From Williopsis jadinii (taxonomy: Eukaryota): a DNA stretch of 64,000 nt. The stretch spans positions 3,224,001 to 3,288,000 of the forward strand of contig AP024664.1 in assembly GCA_024346625.1 (NCBI GenBank), given 5' to 3'. The position numbers and the translations under genes are program-made. Below the pieces are notes generated by a model that was given only the letters and a program-made list of their open reading frames with translations, made no database searches and was not told the origin of the DNA. The stretch's first letter is position 1; every line of letters begins with the position of its first letter. Shown here one piece after another: positions 1 to 11,473 of the stretch.

Positions 1-1164
1 CTCGTATGGGACAGAGCTGAAAACGTCATCTGGGTCGATTTCACCCTTGCGTAAATCCTGAACGAGTTTGGAATACTCAAACTTTGGCAAAGAATTCACG
101 GATTCGATCAAGTCGTTCCAGCCCATGATGAAGTGGAACTGTCTCATCGTTTCACCATGGATCTCACCAACGATACGTCTCTCGAGGTAAACAGTCCACC
201 CTTCATTCAACCAAAAATGTTGCCAATTAGCATTGGTAACGTTGTTACCTGACCATGAATGCGCCAATTCATGGGCAATAACATCAACCTGGGATTTATC
301 GTAGGAGATAAGGGTAGGAGTGACGAAGGTAATGTTTGGATTCTCCATACCACCATATGGGAACGAAGCAGGGTTGATCAATATGTCATAAGTGGTCCAG
401 ATGTATGGAGTGACAATCTTTTCCGCAGTTTCGATGAATTTCTCCAAGTCCTCTTTGAATTCGTTCTTCGAATCTTCAAGACGATCAGGCTCCGCATAGA
501 TGGTAGAACGTGGACCTCCCTTCGTGTGAGCAATGTTACCAGATGCGATTGCAAATAGGTATGAAGGAATAGGGATTTTCTGTTCAAATCTATACACACC
601 AGTCTGGTCTGAATGCAGTGGTAGGCCAGAGAACACAACAGGCTTTGTCGATCTGATGGTTGCATTCACTGTTGACTTAACAGATGGAGTGTCAAAACAT
701 GGGAACAGCGCACGGGCATGGATAGGTTCTAACTGTGTAAAGACGTAGTCTGATGCCGCCTTAGTGGCTGGGTCGGTCTTCAACCATTGAATCGCAGTCG
801 ACTCTTGTGTTGTCTCAAAGTCCAAGGACACTGTGACTTTAGAATCGACGGGGATGTTTGTATCGAAAGTGATTGGGGTGCCCCAAGGTTCTTCCCTCTT
901 AGCAACAGAGAAAGTTGCTGCAACCTTGTTAACCTTCACACTGTTAACCTTGATGTAGGACATGTCCAGAGTCAATTGCGACAGTTCCTTCACACTTGTC
1001 AGGTCATAAGTCACATTCCCAACGATCTTCTTCTCGTTGAAGAGGATCTCCACGTCCAGCACAGTGTTGTTGACGTGAACATCCTTATAATTGGACTTTG
1101 TAGTGTAGTCGAATTCTGCACCAGGCGTCTTTGGTCTGTGTCTTTCCACAATTGCTGGGGCCAT
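1..1164 (-). CDS. LAP2: Leukotriene A4 hydrolase / M1 leucyl aminopeptidase, 3' end outside the window
   Basis: Read by hand, absent from the ORF track because it is truncated. ATG at 1164 (MAPAIVERHR...). Contains PYGGMEN and the zinc motif VIAHELAHSWSGN...NEGWT. Confidence 0.95.
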   Translation of the reverse strand, partial: MAPAIVERHRPKTPGAEFDYTTKSNYKDVHVNNTVLDVEILFNEKKIVGNVTYDLTSVKELSQLTLDMSYIKVNSVKVNKVAATFSVAKREEPWGTPITFDTNIPVDSKVTVSLDFETTQESTAIQWLKTDPATKAASDYVFTQLEPIHARALFPCFDTPSVKSTVNATIRSTKPVVFSGLPLHSDQTGVYRFEQKIPIPSYLFAIASGNIAHTKGGPRSTIYAEPDRLEDSKNEFKEDLEKFIETAEKIVTPYIWTTYDILINPASFPYGGMENPNITFVTPTLISYDKSQVDVIAHELAHSWSGNNVTNANWQHFWLNEGWTVYLERRIVGEIHGETMRQFHFIMGWNDLIESVNSLPKFEYSKLVQDLRKGEIDPDDVFSSVPYE

Positions 1165-1690
1165 TTGTCTAGTCGAGCAGTGTATATGTCTTGATTGGCT
1201 TCTACACAGGTATAGCACTCTGTTGAATAGCTGCATTCACTGCCTGGCCACGATCAAAAGTGTGTGTCCTATGGACAAAACCGGTTCATGAAAATGTGCC
1301 ATTTTGTGCCTCCTAGAAAGTCGAGGAGGCCCCGAAAAGGTGGATTTCTTTAGGCGAGCATGAACGCTCTCCTTGTGTGTGCCCGGGCAAAGTGGTACGG
1401 ACACACGCCTTCCAACTGCGTGAACGACGCGTAGTGAGTGGATGGTCTACACTGGGCTCATGATGATGAGAACGTCTGGTCCCTTCCGTGGTAAATGGTG
1501 GACAATACGAGCGAGCCAAGGAGCCTGTGAAATGTTCGTTGTATGCTTCGTAAAGTTTTCCTTGTGGGAAAGGCTTGAATTTATAGGCTTGAATTGCCCA
1601 AATCGGACACTTTTCCTGCCACAAAATCAGTTTTGCTGTCATTTTGCTGTGCCTTTTCGTGCCCTGACAACGGTTTCACATTTGGCTCGA

Positions 1691-1740
1691 AGGTCTACAA
1701 ACGTCTACAAACGTCTACAAACGCCTGCAAAAGTCTACAA
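1691..1740. repeat. 10-bp tandem repeat, 5 units, consensus ACGTCTACAA
   Basis: aggtctacaa acgtctacaa acgtctacaa acgcctgcaa aagtctacaa. Confidence 0.95.
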
Positions 1741-2064
1741 AAGAACACCTTTTTGGGCGGCAGTTGTAACACTCTTTGCTATGTAGAACTCCCAGTGGAC
1801 ATCACAATCGGGGGTAATATGCCGAAAGCGGTAATAGGTTATGAGCCCGTGCTAGGCCTCTGCTTCCTCTATCACCAGTTTCAAGCTTAACTCTCTTATT
1901 CGGTCCTGTTGCTGTGGTTGTAGTTCTTTTTGCAGGCCCTCCGGTACAAAGGTGCGAATGCTGGGCCATCGAGAAATGCCTAACTCCACCACCTCTCACC
2001 ATCGTTCAAATGGGCCCGTCAGCTGGACAGCTACGAGCCCCCGGCTGTCTGTGTGCCTCCGTCG

Positions 2065-2088
2065 CCAGCTTCCCAGCTTCCCAGCTTC
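2065..2088. repeat. 8-bp tandem repeat (CCAGCTTC)x3
   Basis: Seen directly. Confidence 0.85.
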
Positions 2089-2846
2089 CATCCACACCAA
2101 TTGGCTGGACAGGCCCACTGGCTTCACCCACGGCTTCCCTCACACGCCTACACACGCTAAAAAAAGAAAGAAAGCGCACCGTAGCCAGATCTGGCCAATC
2201 AGCACACAACCCGGCCGACGCTTTTAGCACACACCGTAAGATGGGTTACATACTCCATCAACGGCTGTAGGAATTCCTATCCATGCGAGTTGGGATAAAA
2301 AAGGAAAGACATTGCCCCTTTTGGGTGTTGTATCTGTGTGTGGGTGGCCTCTGCCTCTGGACAAGCTCTCTACGTCAAGTCTGGCTTCTCTATACGTGCA
2401 TTCCACCGTCCCTTCCCGGATCTCTGTTTCGTAGCTGTGTGTGTTCTTTTCCAATCGATACTGTCCCGTTGCCCCTTGCCTCTTCGGCCCAGCTTTGCCT
2501 GCCTCTTCTGCTGAGCTTTGTCTGCGTCTTCTGCCTGTTCCTTCCAAGTTTTCCAGTTTCTCACCCCAAGTTGCTGCTAACAAGGTCTTCTCAGCAGCTC
2601 ATCCATTTTGCAAAGCAGCCTGAGTTACTTTACAGTACATAATAATAAAAAAAAGACACCTAGTGAAAAGTTGTGCGATACACTGACACCTTTTCCCCTT
2701 ATTTCACCAAGGGACAGAACTCAGAGACGTCTCGATCACCACTTGTTCCATCACAGGCGTCCTCCGTTCCCTGTGCGAGCTCTGATACACCAGCAGATTA
2801 TAGAAGAGGAAGCAGGCTGTTTGCAGACGTGTGTGTGTTTTGAAAG

Positions 2847-4022
2847 ATGCAACTGGATGAGAAGCTTGCTGAGGTTATAGGCCTGAGTCCCGGTGCCGAA
2901 TGCCCACTATCTGAAAAGGCATTGATTGAACTGATACGGTTGCAAAGGGAAAAGGAGATCACCAAACAGCAGTACTATCGTCTGGAGATCCTGGGACGCT
3001 CCACTGAGCTTCTCAACAAGTGTTTGCACGTTAACATGCCACCAAACCTCATCCCCACCGTGTTCTCCGGAGAGGCACCCGCAGAGACTCAACAGGAACA
3101 GCAGCGTCAGGCTCAGGCTCAGGCCAATGCTCAGGCTCAGGCTCATGCCCAGGCCCGTGCTCAAGCCCAGGCTCATCAACAACATATCCAGCTAAGTCCA
3201 CATCCACTGGCACATCAACCGCCACCGCAGATTCAACAGCTACAATCTCCACAAGGACAAGCTTATCAGCAGTTCCCACAGCCATTGCAACAGCAACAGC
3301 AACAGCAACAACAGCAGCACAACATATACATGGTGCCTCAGCGACAACAGCAACTACAACAGCAGCAACAGCAACAGACACAATACGCAACCCACCTGGG
3401 ACCACCTGTGAAGTTCCAAAGACCCCATTCCCCTGCAAAGATTGGTGCTGCTGCCGTAGCACAGCTAGAGAGGTCAAGGTTCCCGCCTTCGCCTATACAC
3501 AAGCGTACGCTGTCGACGCCAATCACATTTGGACCTCAACTGACAAAGACGCCAATACCACAGATCTCAGTCACCAGTAGCCCCACGGCGCCGAGACCAG
3601 CTGCTCCACAACAGTCGATGATGCGTACGATGAGCTCGATACAGTTCATCAATGAAAACCCAGGAAGGAAGAGAAGACGTACAAGTGACACCTCAAAGGA
3701 AAACGTGGATGAGGAAGGTGAAGCCACGGAGGAAGAGGAGGAGGAAGGCACGGATGAGCCGAAATCAGCGCCACCAGTTGGAAGAAAGATCCGTCACGTT
3801 AGAGCAAGATCAGATAACTTTGTATTTGATAAAAAGACCACTAATCACAGCACCATCAATCATCAAAGTTCCAAACCAACCGTTAAAGAAATGGCCAAAC
3901 GCATTGAAGAGAAGAACTCTGCGGAGGAGCCCAAGAAGGGGTTCAATGTTGAGCCTGAGAAGAAACCGAAAACTCCTTCAAGTGGGCCAAACTTTGCCAA
4001 TGACATCCTCAGCTCAGCCTAG
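2847..4022 (+). CDS. BOP3: Bop3-like Q-rich protein with QA and polyQ repeats
   Basis: EKEITKQQYYRLEILGRSTEL and HSPAKIGAAAVAQL match recalled Bop3 blocks. Lies between LAP2 and COG6 as in S. cerevisiae (YNL045W, YNL042W, YNL041C). Confidence 0.8.
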   Translation: MQLDEKLAEVIGLSPGAECPLSEKALIELIRLQREKEITKQQYYRLEILGRSTELLNKCLHVNMPPNLIPTVFSGEAPAETQQEQQRQAQAQANAQAQAHAQARAQAQAHQQHIQLSPHPLAHQPPPQIQQLQSPQGQAYQQFPQPLQQQQQQQQQQHNIYMVPQRQQQLQQQQQQQTQYATHLGPPVKFQRPHSPAKIGAAAVAQLERSRFPPSPIHKRTLSTPITFGPQLTKTPIPQISVTSSPTAPRPAAPQQSMMRTMSSIQFINENPGRKRRRTSDTSKENVDEEGEATEEEEEEGTDEPKSAPPVGRKIRHVRARSDNFVFDKKTTNHSTINHQSSKPTVKEMAKRIEEKNSAEEPKKGFNVEPEKKPKTPSSGPNFANDILSSA

Positions 4023-4105
4023 GTGCACCTACATTCGTTCCTTCATATAGTACAATATGACAAATACCCAAAATAAGATATAGACTATTATAATAGTACC
4101 TCTGC

Positions 4106-5572
4106 TTATTGATTCTGCTCATTATGGCCATTCTTGTACATCTCTTCGGCGATGGCTTCTATTTCTTGGATGTTCAACTCTGTATCAACATCACCTTCTT
4201 CATCTAGCTGTTCGAATACGATCTCTCCTTTGCTTATAGACCCCAGCTGCTTGTCCAGCTCTTTACCCAGGCTTTTCAGCACGAAATCGTTATCCCGTGA
4301 GTCTTTGATTAACCAGTTGATCAGGTCATCCAAGAGAATCTTGTTGTATACATAATAAATGTCGTGGAATCTAAACGACTCTCTAAGCTTCAAGAGAGCT
4401 TTTATCACCGTCACCTGGCCCCTTGCTAAGATTAGTGCAACATCGTTCCATGCTTTCATCGCAAGCTCGAAACTTCTGTGCAGTGGATATGACAACGCTC
4501 TTCTTATACCAGTGATGATTATCGCCTTGATCATGTTACACTTTGCATCCGGTAGCACAATCTGCTGATCTAACAATGAGATCTGTGGAGTCAGTTTACC
4601 CATTGACCAGGCCGACTCAGTGGTGAATTCACCTTCAGTTTGAAGTTGCTCGTATGCAAAGGCAAACAACAACGACAGTATTGAATAGTACAGAGGTTTG
4701 GGATTGGTAATGACGTAGGACTTCTTAGGTAGATCGAGCATCTTTTCATTCTCCTCTGGCGTAAAGCCAGTGGACTCAGCATGGCACAGTGGATTGTTCC
4801 ACTTCAGCAGATCTTTCACTGGAGAGTACTCATCCTCGTCGCTATACTTCGTTGTCATATAATCGGCAGCGTAGTACTCTGGATCAAACTTGAAGTTCTC
4901 CTTCAACAGCCGCTCCTTGACCCTGTCATTTGGGGCGGTATGTTCAGGGTCGTCCAGCTCGTTGATATCGTTACCGTTGGAGAGAGAGACGCCGATAATG
5001 GAATCGTATTGGTTATCGAATCCATACCTCACTTTGACTCCAGTGTCCTCCTCGATAACCTGGTTGATCTCCCAGTTGAACTCCTCACCTTCCGCGGCGG
5101 CTCTCTCCAAATCGGACTTCCCGCCGCCAACCTCCTCTATAAGAGGCCTGTTCGAGCTTCTCGTCTCCTCAATCACCTTACCGGCTTCTCTCATGAGCTC
5201 CTCGCTTGGTTGGACCCCAATCTCCTGTAACAATGTCTTCGAGTCCATCGCTTCGCCTACAGCTTCACCACTTCTTGCAAGCAACCTGGCACTGAGCTCA
5301 AGATCCGGGAAGAACTCGCCGTGATTCAGCTTGGGGATCTTAACGTGGATACACTCCTCTTTACTATCATACTGGGCATTGGATCTCTCCTCATCATCGT
5401 TCAGCGCATGGGGAAACCGGAGACGAAGGTAGTAGGGGCTCAGCGAGAACACAAACAGTTCGTTCTCGACAACTATTTGCACGCCAACAGCGTCGAAACG
5501 GATATGAGAAAGCTTTATATCGATGTAGACGAACTCATCGTCCTGGTGACATGTGAACCGTGGTGTCAGCAT
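4106..5572 (-). CDS. SHQ1: H/ACA snoRNP assembly chaperone Shq1
   Basis: N-terminal CS domain MLTPRFTC...FSLSPYYLRLRFP; RRALSYPLHRSF; divergent from DPH1 as in S. cerevisiae. Confidence 0.95.
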   Translation of the reverse strand: MLTPRFTCHQDDEFVYIDIKLSHIRFDAVGVQIVVENELFVFSLSPYYLRLRFPHALNDDEERSNAQYDSKEECIHVKIPKLNHGEFFPDLELSARLLARSGEAVGEAMDSKTLLQEIGVQPSEELMREAGKVIEETRSSNRPLIEEVGGGKSDLERAAAEGEEFNWEINQVIEEDTGVKVRYGFDNQYDSIIGVSLSNGNDINELDDPEHTAPNDRVKERLLKENFKFDPEYYAADYMTTKYSDEDEYSPVKDLLKWNNPLCHAESTGFTPEENEKMLDLPKKSYVITNPKPLYYSILSLLFAFAYEQLQTEGEFTTESAWSMGKLTPQISLLDQQIVLPDAKCNMIKAIIITGIRRALSYPLHRSFELAMKAWNDVALILARGQVTVIKALLKLRESFRFHDIYYVYNKILLDDLINWLIKDSRDNDFVLKSLGKELDKQLGSISKGEIVFEQLDEEGDVDTELNIQEIEAIAEEMYKNGHNEQNQ

Positions 5573-5640
5573 CGTTGCGGCTACTGTCGTTGACGTCGCC
5601 TGCCTGTCTCTCTGTTCCGTTGTAAGTGAAGAGAAGGGCC

Positions 5641-5694
5641 GCGATGAGCCCTGGTAGGGAAATGAAAAATTTCTCCGTGCGATGGGCTCATCTC
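5641..5694. promoter_or_regulatory. Ribosome-biogenesis motifs (PAC and RRPE) in the SHQ1/DPH1 bidirectional promoter
   Basis: GCGATGAG 5641-5648, TGAAAAATTT 5663-5672, GCTCATCTC 5686-5694. Confidence 0.8.
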
Positions 5695-5738
5695 CCTCAG
5701 CGAGACTACATCACCATCACAAGGAGCACAGGGATCAA

Positions 5739-7066
5739 ATGACGTCGGTAGCGGAGAGCTCGGTAGAAGCAAAGAGGGTGCCTAGAAAGCGATTTGTTGG
5801 TCGTCGTACCGTCACAGCGTCTGCTGACGGATCCTTAGTGAAGAGTATGTCTTGTTTTCTCGTGAGCTGATCGCCTGCCAGGGCTGTTTCTAACAGTGAT
5901 AACTAGCCAATAGAGTAAGAAGCCATGTGGGCAGGGCCATGACGCAGATCCCGGCTGAGATACTTGAAGATGGGGAGCTGAATGAGGCCATCAAGCTGCT
6001 TCCTTCAAACTATAACTTTGAGATTCACAAGACTGTCTGGAACATCAAGAAGAGCAACGCGAAGAGAGTGGCTTTGCAGATGCCTGAAGGCCTACTCATA
6101 TACTCTTTGATCATTGCTGATATCCTTGAGCAATTCTGCCAGTGTGAGACCATAGTCATGGGTGATGTCTCCTATGGAGCGTGCTGTATCGATGACTTCA
6201 CAGCGAGATCCTTGGACTGTGACTTCATAGTTCACTATGCGCACTCTTGTCTGGTGCCTATTGATATCACGCTCATCAAAGTGTTATACATCTTTGTCAC
6301 CATCAGCATTGACGAATCGCATCTGATTAACACCATCAAAAGAAACTTCGAAAAGGGGTCTCGCATCGCAACGTTTGGAACCATCCAGTTCAATCCAACT
6401 ATCCACGCCATCCGTGATAAGCTGGCTAACGATGAAACCAAACCTATCTACACCATTCCTCCGCAGATCATGCCCTTGTCCAAGGGTGAGGTACTGGGCT
6501 GTACGTCACAGAGGTTGGATAAAGAAGATATAGATGCGATGATATACGTTGGTGATGGACGCTTCCACTTGGAAAGTGCAATGATTCACAACCCAGAGAT
6601 ACCTGCTTATAGGTATGATCCATACTCTAGGAAATTCACAAGGGAGTACTACGATCAAGAACAACTCGTAAGGGTCCGTAAAGATGCCATATCAACAGCA
6701 CAGGGTGCAAAGAAAGTCGGTCTTATATTGGGATCGTTGGGAAGACAGGGCAATTTGAACACATTGAACAACTTGGAAACGGAATTGACCAAAAGAGGTA
6801 AAATTGTTGTCAAGATTATCCTTTCAGAGATATTTCCTCAAAAGCTGTCAATGTTTGATGATATAGACGCTTTCATACAGGTGGCTTGTCCACGTCTATC
6901 CATCGATTGGGGTTATGCCTTTAACAAACCGTTGTTAACCCCATACGAGGCGATGGTCATGATGGAGAATGATCGTAAATGGGATAAGAACTACTATCCA
7001 ATGGATTACTACGGAAGGGAAGGTTACGGTAGGGGTAGAATACCTGATCACTCAAACGTTCAATGA
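5739..7066 (+). CDS. DPH1: Diphthamide biosynthesis protein Dph1; exons 5739-5844 and 5907-7066
   Basis: Intron 5845-5906 (GTATGT..TTCTAAC..TAG) joins MTSVAESS...RKRFVGRR in frame to the 5927 ORF. Motifs LQMPEG, YGACCIDD, ACPRLSIDWG. Confidence 0.95.
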
Positions 7067-7081
7067 ATAAATGCACACTCT

Positions 7082-9466
7082 CTATTTCTGCTCTAGTTCT
7101 TCGTATGCCTTTTCAACGCCCAGTAGCGTGGCAACGTCATATGTACTCCATTCAAGAATCTCTTCGTCCTCGTACAATATGTGCAGGATCTTGTAATAAA
7201 CGTTGTACAACTTGAGAAACTTCAATGAACTCTCTGTGATGATATCATTCGCAATGGAAGGTGATGAGATCTTGAACAAAGCCTGTTGAATGTCTATCAG
7301 AGCATTAGGCAAGAATTCGTGCAGTTTAGTCTCAATCTCTTGTAGTTTGTCCTTGTTGAACAATTTGTTTTCGATCAAAGACGAATACATATAGTAATCC
7401 TCATCTGTCTCAATCTGTTCAATAGGGAATATCAGTTGTATCAACTGTTGATGGATGTCCAGCCCTGAATCCTTTAACAGCGTTTCGTACTGGTGTTGGA
7501 TGAGTTCCTCCTTCACTGTACCAACTAGATGAGAGATTTTATCAAACTCAGTTGACAATGCAGGGATTGTTAGGATCTTTGACTCAACATAATCCAAAGA
7601 GTTGATGACCAGTATCTTCCAATTGACCTTGTCATTCTTGAAGTTAGCCTTTGCCTGCTTCTGGATGAGTTCAATTGGCTTATCTATGAGCAAATTGAGG
7701 AAACCTTTGTAAGTTTCGTCATCCATGTTCAACGGATGTCCCTCCGAGTTACCAACCTCGTCGAATATTAATAGACTAGAGTTGTAGAAGTCTCTAATCC
7801 AGTCAGGTGTTAATAGAGAATCATCATCTATGCGCCATGAATCCCCCTCTAGTTGTTTTTCGTTAATTAAGACTTTCTCCTTCAAGATACTCAATACACG
7901 TTCAACGCATAACAATTTTACGCTTTCAAGAGTTTCGAAAATTGAGCATGATGAATCTTTGGTCAGTTGTTTTTGGAACATCATTCTGTACAAATCCAAA
8001 AGGTTGAACAGTTTGGTAATGACGTCGAAATTCTTATCGCTTCGGATAATTTGTTCTAATCTTGATTTTAACGGTCTACTCAATGCACCAACAATCTGAT
8101 CAATAGTACTATCGATCGATCTGTTAACATCTTGTGAGTTTTCCAGTTGGATCAGGTTACGTTCAAATTCGGTTCTCTCGAAATTTGAGTCTGTATCCTC
8201 TCCGATCTTGAACAAAGTACTGACGAACTCAACCTCATTGACAATAACAGAATGGACAAATGCCAGCAAATCACCGATGTATCTCACTGGATCATGTGCA
8301 GACAGAACAATAGGTCTAGCATTATCCGAAGGATCGGAGTTACTAGATTGGTATATGAATTCGTCGACAATGGCTTTGGACCGTGACTCTATCAACTTAG
8401 CTGTAACTTCGTCAAAGTATTTCAAGTTGTTGTTCAAATAGAACAATGCAATTTTCATCAATCTGATGTCTTCATTGCCCGATGTAGATGATCCTCGTGA
8501 TGTTTCACCCATGAATTGGTCTAATCTGTTGGTCAAGAAGAAAGCAATTCTCTGGTATGCAAGATCTAAGATACGTGACATCTTCTCCATAATCTTCAAT
8601 CCCAATGTCTGGTTCTGAAGAGTTAGTAATATGGAACAGTTATTGTTGATCTTGTTACACTTCTGCAAGACCTCAAAATACACGAGTGATATGTCTTCGT
8701 TTGTCAAGACATGTTCCTCGTACTGCGTCAGTGTAAAGTTATTTTTAAAACTCAGCAATATTGATTTCTTCAACATGATGAGATTCTTCTGCTTTGTTAA
8801 TTGGTCAATCTTACTCAACAATTCTGGATCAAGGTGATCGAATTCAGTAAGCTTAGACTTGGTTTCTTTCAATTCATTGATTCTTTCACCCAGTTGTTCC
8901 ACTCTGGTCACAACAGGCTGGAACTCTCTCAACACAGATGAATGTTGTTTCAGCAGCTCTCCTTCAATATCACTTCTAAATCGTCTTCTCTGCATCGCGC
9001 CGAATACATCAGATTGTACCAGTAGCTTCAACTCCAAATCCTGCTTCTGTTGTAAGATCTCCAAGCTCTCCCTCATCTTACCTTCGTTCAGACCATACGA
9101 GTTCAACACCCCAGCCAATTTCTTGCTCAGCACCGCATCGGTGTTTCCCTTTGTTGAAGACGATGTTGCATAAGCCGCAGCACCCCCACGTCCATTGATA
9201 GACAAGTCGTCATGGGCATCGTTGAATATCGATTCAGATATCTTTGCATACTTCTCTGCGGTCTGTGCAGTGGTGTTAGACTCACCCTTGTCGTCCTGAC
9301 TGGTTGAGAAGTCCAACTTCTTCTTCAACAACGAGAGCCCTTGTAGCTTACTCGTCAAGTTTTGATTCAGCGGTAAGACCAACGGTGGAGCAGGCTCTGG
9401 AAGCCTTGTTGGTGTATCAGCACCAGATTCCTCGCTTTGATACGTTGTAAAGTCAATGAAGTCCAT
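7082..9466 (-). CDS. COG6: Conserved oligomeric Golgi complex subunit 6
   Basis: RPIVLSAHDPVRYIGDLLAFVHS. Likely start MDFIDF at 9466; the ORF extends to 9529. Confidence 0.92.
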   Translation of the reverse strand: MDFIDFTTYQSEESGADTPTRLPEPAPPLVLPLNQNLTSKLQGLSLLKKKLDFSTSQDDKGESNTTAQTAEKYAKISESIFNDAHDDLSINGRGGAAAYATSSSTKGNTDAVLSKKLAGVLNSYGLNEGKMRESLEILQQKQDLELKLLVQSDVFGAMQRRRFRSDIEGELLKQHSSVLREFQPVVTRVEQLGERINELKETKSKLTEFDHLDPELLSKIDQLTKQKNLIMLKKSILLSFKNNFTLTQYEEHVLTNEDISLVYFEVLQKCNKINNNCSILLTLQNQTLGLKIMEKMSRILDLAYQRIAFFLTNRLDQFMGETSRGSSTSGNEDIRLMKIALFYLNNNLKYFDEVTAKLIESRSKAIVDEFIYQSSNSDPSDNARPIVLSAHDPVRYIGDLLAFVHSVIVNEVEFVSTLFKIGEDTDSNFERTEFERNLIQLENSQDVNRSIDSTIDQIVGALSRPLKSRLEQIIRSDKNFDVITKLFNLLDLYRMMFQKQLTKDSSCSIFETLESVKLLCVERVLSILKEKVLINEKQLEGDSWRIDDDSLLTPDWIRDFYNSSLLIFDEVGNSEGHPLNMDDETYKGFLNLLIDKPIELIQKQAKANFKNDKVNWKILVINSLDYVESKILTIPALSTEFDKISHLVGTVKEELIQHQYETLLKDSGLDIHQQLIQLIFPIEQIETDEDYYMYSSLIENKLFNKDKLQEIETKLHEFLPNALIDIQQALFKISSPSIANDIITESSLKFLKLYNVYYKILHILYEDEEILEWSTYDVATLLGVEKAYEELEQK

Positions 9467-9715
9467 AGTTTTGATCAACAAATTTGCCGCTGTATAATCA
9501 AAGGCTTTTGTGGTTTGTTTACGTTTCATGGCTTTTTTCGCTGACCTGTCCCGTTGAAAAACATCAACACGATTTTATCATACACAAGAACCATACAAAA
9601 ACTGCCTTTAGTAAAGATTACCTCTTTTTTCTTTGGTTTTATTTATTGATTATTATTACTCTTGCCGCCGTTTTTTCTATCAACTACTTAAGTTATACGT
9701 TTAGTGTGTCTTTGG

Positions 9716-10659
9716 TTAACAGATAACGTCTTGGGTAGCACGAGAGTTCAACAACAAGGCCACAATCAAACCGTACAAACCCAAAACTTCAGCAAAGATA
9801 AGAATCAAAATCATACCGACAAACAATCTTGGCTGTTGAGCAGTACCTCTGACACCGGCGTCACCAACGATACCAATGGCAAAGCCGGCAGCCAAACCGG
9901 ACAAACCAACAGAGAGACCAGCACCCAATTGAATGAAACCAGTGTACAAAGCTTGTTGTTGCTTCAAGGAATCGGAGACAAGCACTGAAACGACAAGACC
10001 GTAAATGGCAATGATACCGGCCATAATAACTGGGACAATGTTCTTAACAAGCAAGTCTGGTCTCAAGACAGAGGTGGCACAGATACCAACACCAGACTTG
10101 GCGGTACCGTAAGCAGCACCGAAACATGTAAACACGATGGCGGAGGCACAACCTATGGATCCAAAGAATGGCGCGTAAACAGGACTATATTGGTGAAGGT
10201 GGCAATGTTAGTATGTTGTGCTCGAGCACTAGGGAAGGAGATGTCATGGGAGATATTGCTCAGTGGTGTTTAGACGCCCACATGGTTTGGGTACCTTCCA
10301 TGTGGACAAAGAAATCCAGTAGCAATGAGATTGGGAAAAAGGGGGCCAGAAAGAGAAGGAAGGAAAGGATTCGGTAAAGACAGGAGTTGTATCTAATTGT
10401 CGATGTGTACAATGTGCAGTTGATAAACAGCACACTCACAATGTGGGTCTGTATTTCTGTTCATCGAATTCATCCCCTTCAAAGTATCCACGCTCCTCCT
10501 CTGCCTCCCCCCTTATACAGAGGTGAAAATTGCCCTCTAGCGTCTCAGCATAAACTAATTACCGTCCAAGCAACAGCCACTCATCAATTGGTATGGAAAC
10601 AGAACATCACTTATATCTCCAGAGGGACAAGGAACAATGACTTACCAAAGATCAGACAT
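9716..10659 (-). CDS. VMA3: V-ATPase proteolipid subunit c; exons 10659-10646 and 10184-9716, 160 aa
   Basis: 14-nt exon 1 ATGTCTGATCTTTG, then GTAAGT...TACTAAC...TAG, restores [13 protein letters not shown]. Conserved FAEVLGLYG glutamate. Confidence 0.95.
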
Positions 10660-10901
10660 TTGTTAATTGAAATTGATGTTCTTGGTGTTGTTATAATTAT
10701 ACCAATTTTGAACTTTGGAACGAATTGGGGAGGGTTTTTTTATAGGCGATCTCCCAAATTTCTCTCAAAGCCGGAGCAGCCATTCTCACAGTTACGCTTG
10801 TGGCCGCGTAAGTATCAGCACTTCCATTACATAAGCAATTCCGGGTAACACCTCGATATCCGAATTGGGAAATCAGTATGTACGTTACAGAGAACGAAAG
10901 C

Positions 10902-10925
10902 GAAAAAAAATTTCAAAGCTCATCT
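10902..10925. promoter_or_regulatory. RRPE and PAC motifs upstream of SNU13
   Basis: GAAAAAAAATTTC followed by GCTCATCTC. Confidence 0.7.
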
Positions 10926-11031
10926 CTCTTTCTGTCTCTTTCCACATCTCAATCTTCACCAACAATTCAAAGAGGCGAGCTATCTCCTTAAGACAACTTT
11001 CACTGCAAGGAACCTCGAATTATCTGATACT

Positions 11032-11412
11032 ATGTCTGCTCCAAACCCAAAGGCTTTCCCACTTGCTGATGAGGCATTGACTCAACAAATCCTCGATGTC
11101 GTTCAACAGGCTTCCAACCTTCGTCAGTTGAAGAAAGGTGCTAACGAGGCCACCAAGACTTTGAACAGAGGTATCTCCGAGTTCATCATCATGGCTGCTG
11201 ACACTGAGCCAATCGAGATCTTGTTGCACTTGCCATTGTTGTGTGAGGATAAGAACGTTCCATACGTGTTTGTCCCATCTAGAACTGCTCTCGGTAGAGC
11301 TTGTGGTGTCTCCAGACCTGTCATCGCTGCCTCAATCACCACAAACGAAGGCTCTACTTTGAAGAACCAGATCTACAGTGTCAAGGACAAGATCGAGACT
11401 TTGTTGATTTAA
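11032..11412 (+). CDS. SNU13: Snu13 / 15.5K kink-turn binding protein
   Basis: [13 protein letters not shown]...[16 protein letters not shown]. Confidence 0.99.
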   Translation: MSAPNPKAFPLADEALTQQILDVVQQASNLRQLKKGANEATKTLNRGISEFIIMAADTEPIEILLHLPLLCEDKNVPYVFVPSRTALGRACGVSRPVIAASITTNEGSTLKNQIYSVKDKIETLLI

Positions 11413-11473
11413 TGAAGTTACGAATTAATCTATATGTCTTTTTCTTTTTTGTACGTGTTACTCTCCTCCAGTA

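Noticed and set aside
1691..1740. CRISPR-like array
   Set aside because: Units are contiguous with no spacers, and the DNA is eukaryotic.
1200..2840. Several 60-120 aa ORFs and a possible snoRNA C box (ATGATGA near 1460)
   Set aside because: No recognisable product, and no nearby D box with a terminal stem or identifiable rRNA guide.
5927..7066. CUG-Ser or CUG-Ala alternative genetic code
   Set aside because: CTG codons occupy conserved Leu positions in Dph1.
10433..10464. Alternative VMA3 first exon MNRNTDPH followed by GTGAGT
   Set aside because: Splicing to the 10185 acceptor is out of frame. The exon at 10659-10646 gives the conserved MSDLCP.
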